Part shown: piece after piece, positions 57,204 through 64,000 of the stretch
Layout of the letters: each line of letters starts with the position of its first letter
How positions within the stretch are numbered: the first letter of the stretch is position 1
Assembly (NCBI RefSeq): GCF_009914755.1
Contig: NC_060929.1
DNA from: the human T2T-CHM13v2.0 reference genome, Homo sapiens
Direction: 5' to 3' (one strand)
DNA length: 64,000 nucleotides
The notes under the pieces: model-generated
What the model saw: only the letters and a program-made list of their open reading frames with translations
Database searches by the model: none
Told to the model about the DNA's origin: nothing
Made by a program: the position numbers and the translations under genes

Positions 57204-57622
57204 TTAAAGCAGTATGACTCAAAGATGTCACAAAAAATAAGGGGAGGGGACAGAGAATTGAAGAGAAATTTGACCATGCAGCAAAAGAGTAAATAATAAT
57301 AAAGTATAATAAACAGTAAATTAAAAACAAATGAAAAGAATAAAATAAATAAGTATTTATGATACTAAATGTGTGGTAGATGAGCTACAACAATCTTTTT
57401 GAAAAGTAATGAAACAGTAGCTATCATCATACTTGTAACTAGCTATCTCACTTAGGAAGAATCTATTCTATGGAAATAAAAGTGCCAGGTATACATACAA
57501 GGATGGCTGTTAGTAGTAAAAATAAAATCCCCTAATTTGGATGACCATCAATAGAAGAATTGTTGAATAAACTGTAGTCATCCAAACTGCGAGAAATTAC
57601 GCACAATTAAAAAGAGAGTCAG

Positions 57623-57929
<307 letters not shown>

Positions 57930-58326
57930 TCAGATAAATGTGTGTTGAACTCAAGTGATGCCCATAAAGTACTTTAGCTATAAAAGCAGAGTAGAGTTTT
58001 AAATGGGTGGTAAGAAGCTATTATTTTTCTTTATGCATCTCTGTATTATTTTTAACTTGTTAACATCATGCTTTAGTAATTTCAAAAATGTCTTAAGAAA
58101 AGGTAATGAGGAGGTCATTTCAAAGCCAAAGAACAGCACAGACCAATGTTCAGAGGTAGCTGAAGGGTGAGTTGGGGACGTAGGTTTCATCCAGCCCTAC
58201 TTGCAACCTCGGCAGGCTGCTTAACCACTCAGTTTCTCAGTTTCTTCATTTGTGAGATGGGATAACTGAACTCAGTAAAGGTCATCCCCAGCTCTGGTAT
58301 TCTATGAATATGTTAAGAAAACTACA

Positions 58327-58622
58327 GGACGGGCACAGTGGCTCATGCCTGCAATCCCAACTACAGCAACTCAGGAGGCTAAGGTGAGAGGATTGCTTGA
58401 GGCCAGGAGTTTGAGACCAGCTAGGGCAACATTGTAAGACCCATCTCTAAATAAATTTTTAAAATTAGCCAAGTGGGTGGCACACACCTGTATTTCCAGC
58501 TACTTGGGAGGCTGAGGCAGGAAGATTGCTTGAATCCAGGAGTTCAAGGCTAGAGTAAGCTATGATCATACCACTGTACTCCAGCCTGGGAGACACAGTG
58601 AGACTCCATCTCTTAAAAAAAA
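58327..58622 (+). mobile_element. Alu (AluJ-type)
   Basis: Diverged dimeric Alu. Confidence 0.9.
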
Positions 58623-59896
58623 TTTTTTTTAAATTAAACTATACACCAAACCATTCGAAATCTTCCACTGACTGCCTCTCTTTCCTAACATTAACATCCC
58701 CAGGATCAGGTGGAGGGTCGGTGCCCCCAATCCACCTCAAAGGCATGCCAAACCCCGCATCCAGAAGGAAATTCCATCACAGGGTTATAACTGCCAGACC
58801 TACACACAACCACAACACACAAATAGTTCACCAGAGCCTTTTTGTCAAACTGGGCCCTCCCAGTTTCATGGCAGAGGCAACAAACCCCCTTAAGGAATTA
58901 TGGGCTAAGCAGTAATTCAAAATAATTTTAGTAAAAAACACTTTTTTCCATCTGAAATTTCTATAAAATATAAAAAGGAAAGATTGCTATTAGAACAAAA
59001 GTTCTACCAATGGGCTTTTGTCTTTGTAAGCTCTCTCAACTCATCATGCCTCTGCTGTGTCTTGTTCCAGTGCGCTGCTATTTCATTTACCATTGCTTAC
59101 TTCGGCACTCCTAAAAAGGATGTTATGTGTGGCAGTTCACACTGCAAAATGCCAGTACTCTCCTGAACTCGCCCACTGTCTTCTGTTTTCATTACTACTT
59201 CCTTTATTCCTTTCCCTGCTTGTCTCTACTTTTAAGAATCAATCAAATGACTAATAGCCATTTACACATCTACACCATGTAACTTCTACATTCAATCAAA
59301 TCTTCATAGGCAGCAGAGCAATAACAGTCATCACAGAATCCTTTAATCATTTAACAAATTGAACTCAGGATTCATTAAAAAAATATTCACTGATCACCTA
59401 CCAATCACACTGTGCTAGAGACTTAACACTTCAATTAACCCTCACGACTATACTAGAGACCTTTAATACTGAGGTACTAAATCTTACAAACCTTACAATT
59501 GTGTCCCCACAAGGCAAGAGTAATCTCAATTTCACAAATAGGGAAAACAAGGCTGAGAAAACTCAGCTGAGCGAGTTGCAAAAGCCAAGAGCTAAAACCC
59601 AGATATAAGCCCTGGCCTTCTAAGTGCATGGTCTTTCCTGGACAAGACATTAAGACTCAAAATAATGAACAACATTTCTCACTAGGATGATTAGAAAAGG
59701 CTTTGTTAAAAAAAATTCAAGACATTATATACTCAAACAAGACTTCTATAAAGAAGAAGCTCCTCGTGTTTAAATTAAATGATTCTAAGAAATAAATATC
59801 CTCTAAAACTACCTTTAAGGATGTAGCAATGTCAAAACTACCTGTACCTACTCAGTAAGACATACCTGTTTCTCTTGTGGTAAGAATTGCAACTTA

Positions 59897-60198
<302 letters not shown>

Positions 60199-60490
60199 TT
60201 ATAAACTACAAACTTTAGCTACAAATAGAAGCACTGCACCTACAGTAAACATCTCGCAAGTAACAGAAAGGGAGAGAGGGAGGGAAGTGGGCAAGCAGAA
60301 CTGGATTAGCAATGGGGTTTGGTTGTCCAGTCAAACCATTCTTCATGTTCACTGCAGTTCTACCATACATTTTCACTACATGCTGCCTCCACTATGAATT
60401 CATTTTGTTTCTGTTCATCCCTTTTCATTTTGTTCTAATATTTGGGCATTACAGTCCTTTAAAAAGATGCTATAAAATATTGGGGGAGAA

Positions 60491-60785
60491 GGCCAGACAC
60501 GGTGGCTCACGCTCGTAATCCCAGCACTTTGCGAGGCCAAGGCAGGCAGATCACAAAGTCAGGAGATCGAGACCATCCTGGCTAACACAGTGAAACCCCA
60601 TCTCTACTAAAAATATAAAAAATTAGCCGAGTGTGGTGGCACACACCTGTAGTCCCAGCTACTTTGGAACCTGAAGCAGGAGAATCACTTGAACCCAGGG
60701 GGCAGAGGTTACAGTAGGCCAAGATTGTGCCACTGTACTCCAGCCTTGGTGACACGGCGAGACTCCGACACAAAAAAAATAAAAA
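60491..60785 (+). mobile_element. Alu (AluSc-like)
   Basis: TSD aaaat(a/c)ttgggggagaa. Confidence 0.93.
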
Positions 60786-61513
60786 ATCTTGGGGGAGAAA
60801 GATGTGAGAAGTTAAAATAATTCTAGTTGCACTTGGCTTTCCCAAAGAAAGATTATTACAAATAAAGATCTGTATTTTTGAACAGGAAGGGATGTATATC
60901 TGATAACCACTTTTCCATGGTTATATCTAAACTCATTTTTAACAAATGAAGTGATTTGGGATATTGCTATATAAATAATAAAATAGATCTAACATAAGAA
61001 ACTTGCCCCAGAGTTGATTAATAACCAGAGTGGAGGCTAGAACCCATTTCTCCTGACAGCTCACTCTTCATCAAGCTCACTGATTTAAAACACCATTCAG
61101 GTTAACCCTCTGTAAGTAATCAATACGCACCTAGAAGTTTTAATCAAATCAGATTTTAACGTTGACACTTTTATTCCTGAAATGGCTGGACTTAATACTC
61201 AAATAACAAAGCTTCTAGTAAAACTTCTCAATTCCTTGCATTTTTTGGTTAGTTGATACATTAGAATGAAACACAAATGTGCTAAAAGAATTATTTAAAG
61301 TCTACATAATGAATTACCTTATGTGAATCACTAACTCCTAAATCACAAGTTTTGAAAACAGGTTTTCTTGCATCATTCTTAAACCAAAGTTCATAGTTTT
61401 TCCATTCTAAGAAGGTTTAACCAAAATGTACAGTGAAATAGTGGCAAATGCACAGTGAAATGTTTCAAAGCAACTTGAACAGTGTGTGTTTAACCAGCCC
61501 TTAACCTGAGAGC

Positions 61514-61799
61514 TGTGCAGTCCGATACGGTAGCCACTAGCCATGTGTGGCTGCTAAGTCCTTGAAATGCAGCTGGTCCAAATTGAGATGTACTATAAAT
61601 ATAAAATACACACTGGATTTTGAAGACCATATAAAAACAAAATTGCTAATTTTTTATTGATTACATGTTGAAATAATATTTTAGATATATCGAATTAAAT
61701 AAAACGTTATTAAAATCATCCTTTTTACTTTTTAAATGCAACTAGCTGAAAATTTTAAAATTACAGATTTGGTTCTTATCATATTTTACTGAAGAGCAC
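61514..61799 (-). mobile_element. MER33-like hAT-Charlie element
   Basis: ctgtgcagtccgatacggtagccactagccatgtgtggct...ttgattacatgttgaaat matches the MER33 reverse complement. Confidence 0.8.
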
Positions 61800-62137
61800 C
61801 ATAGTGAAGTTTTTCTTACCAAAGGAACACAACTGCTGATAGCTGGCTGCCTGAGTTGGAGAAAGGACACTACTAGCTCTCATTACTAATTCTCTTAATA
61901 CAAACCCTCCCTATTTAGTCCTGGCTCTGCTATTAACTAGCTGGGTGACCTGGAACTGCCACTTAATCTCTCTGGCCCTAAATCCTCATCTATAATCCTA
62001 GACAACATCTAATACCAAGTCATCATTTTAAACAATGAAGATGCTGAGACTCCACATTTCCTGCCTTCCGGTTCATGGCTCGTTTCACTGCACTACTGCA
62101 CCATACACCCTTTCTGATTTTATCTGTTCAGTGGCTC

Positions 62138-62728
62138 CACAATACAACTCTAATCCCAGGGACTGCCCTGCAAATGAAATCCATGTCACTCTCTACAGGA
62201 AAAAGGGGGTGTGAATGGATCTGAGTACACCTAAGCCATTGTGGGGGAAATACTTTCAGCACCCCACCCCCTCTTCAGTTGAAGGTAGCAAGCCATTCCC
62301 ACAGTGGGTGGCCCGCAGGGTTATCTGCCACATCAAAAAGAGAGGCTTTATGGTACTCTACCAAGCATCCTTACAGGTCTCCACAAGGCTATGTGACTGT
62401 CGGCAAGTCTGCTGAATCACTTTCAAACCGGATGTCCTTATTTGCAAAACAAATTAATAATATCTGCCCAACTGCACCACAGACTGGCTTGAAAGATCAA
62501 ATAAAATGAATCTGGAGGCTTTAAAAGTATAAAGTACACTTTATACTTTTAAAGTATATGGTAGCAAGAACGGCTTGCTACCTTCAGCTGAAGAGGGGGT
62601 GGGGTGCTGAAAGTATTTCCCCCACAATGGCTTAGGTGTACTCAGGTCCATTCACACTCCCTTTTTCCTGTAGAGAGTGACATGGATTTCATTTGCAGGG
62701 CAGTCCCTGGGATTAGAGTTGTATTGTG
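62138..62728. repeat. Long inverted repeat: arms 62138-62298 and 62568-62728 (161 bp, 4 mismatches), 269-bp spacer
   Basis: Base-by-base comparison of the left arm with the reverse complement of the right arm. Confidence 0.97.
62385..62535 (+). mobile_element. MIR relic, interrupted at its 3' end by the inverted duplication
   Basis: tgtgactgtcggcaagtc...ccttatttgcaaaac...gaaagatcaaataaaatg. It resumes as tataaagcac after 62728. Confidence 0.55.
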
Positions 62729-64000
62729 TATAAAGCACCATATGGATAGTTAAGGTCTCATTCTTACCATAAAATGCTAGCCTAACCTGTACACAATCAG
62801 TGTCTCGGTTTTGCACTAACCAGGTTCTGCAGAACTGAAAGATGACAATAGGATACATTTTGGTAATTTGCTAAATTCATTTCTTTTTTAAGGGAAAAAA
62901 TAAGGGTTGATGTACCTCTCGCATTGTCTTAAGTTTTAAAAAAGCAGGATGCAGGGTATCAGTGGCTTGCATGCATCCTGTATTTATTAAGTAGCAGCCA
63001 TTGTTCCAAGTTATTAACATTATCAGATTCAATCAGAAGAATCCATACTGCAGATGAGAAAACTGAGGAATGGGGGGTAACTAGCCCAATGCCTTAAACA
63101 TGGTAAGCAGAAGACGCAGAATTTGAACCCAGGCCAGCTGGCTGTGGAACCCATGTTTGCAACTGTGCTATCCTGCCTCTAGTGTGCAGAGTATTCTATT
63201 CTATCTTTGGTATAGGTTTAAAAAAAAAAAAGGATTATACTTCTGGGTCTGTGTATCAATATATGTTAATATGCATATTTTCATATAGATTTAGAAAAAA
63301 ATCATCAAGAGTGATTACCTTCGGAGACAGCAGTTAGGAGGATGGAGTGTGGACAGGGTGAGGAGGGGCCTGCACTCTTCATTGTGTAAACTTCAGTACT
63401 GTTTCCATTTCCTGACCTTACGAATCTTGTTGAGGTCAACAGGCCATCTTCCGTAACAGAAGTCATCTTTAAATATGTGAAGGAGCTACCTTTCTCTTCT
63501 TAAAAATCCTTACCCAAAATGGTAAGGAAGCCACAGATTCTGTGTCAAGCAAGCCTGAGTTCCAATCTCAGTTCCCACTTCTTAATACTCACACAAATTT
63601 GGAAAAGTTTCTTAACTCTCTGTGCCCAGCTTCCTCTTCTAATGGAGGGCATGGAGGGACAACTCCATCTTCCTCACAGGTTTGTTGTGAAGGTCAATTT
63701 GTGCCAAAAACCCGGTCCAGAACTGGTGCCCTGCTATCATTCCAACACATTACCTTCCAACCCGTCCTCTCCTACAACTACCCAGTTCTGCTGGTTTTAC
63801 ATATAAACAAACCAGTGGAGAAGTGTTGACCATGCTATACCAGACAAAAGGCCCCAAACTGGAGGTCAAAATTCACTTCCTGCTTTCCTTGTTTATAACA
63901 CACAGTGGGCACACAGCCTCAGGGATCCCCCAACTGAGTGTTCCCTGGGGTATCAGAGGGCTGGCATGCCCTGCTCCTCACTGATACTTTGTATATAGCA

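Noticed and set aside
62138-62728. Inverted repeat as a MITE or a pre-miRNA
   Set aside because: The left arm appears to be resident sequence outside the duplicated junction 8-mer, the spacer contains a MIR, and the stem and loop are far larger than a Drosha hairpin.

Overview
This window is primate (most likely human) genomic DNA, AT-rich and CpG-depleted. It lies inside one minus-strand gene that I recognise as EPB41L4A (band 4.1-like 4A, a FERM-domain protein). Three coding exons with GT-AG boundaries (39852-39956, 12738-12789, 7795-7873) splice in frame into the N-terminal part of the FERM domain. The first exon and promoter lie beyond position 64000 and the later exons lie before position 1. 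The rest is intron: about 22 Alus or Alu fragments, a 5.1 kb internally deleted L1PB-type element with a target-site duplication (TSD), L2/MIR relics, MaLR/ERV LTRs and hAT transposon relics. Nearly all of the supplied ORFs come from repeats or are noise. I found no prokaryotic-type system, RNA gene or CRISPR array. The two most notable signals are (1) a young 161-bp inverted duplication (62138-62728) with nested fold-back hairpins and an 8-bp junction duplication, and (2) a candidate poison cryptic exon (55218-55377) whose donor runs directly into a long UG repeat, the layout typical of TDP-43-repressed exons. Repeat subfamily calls are by eye, not from RepeatMasker.
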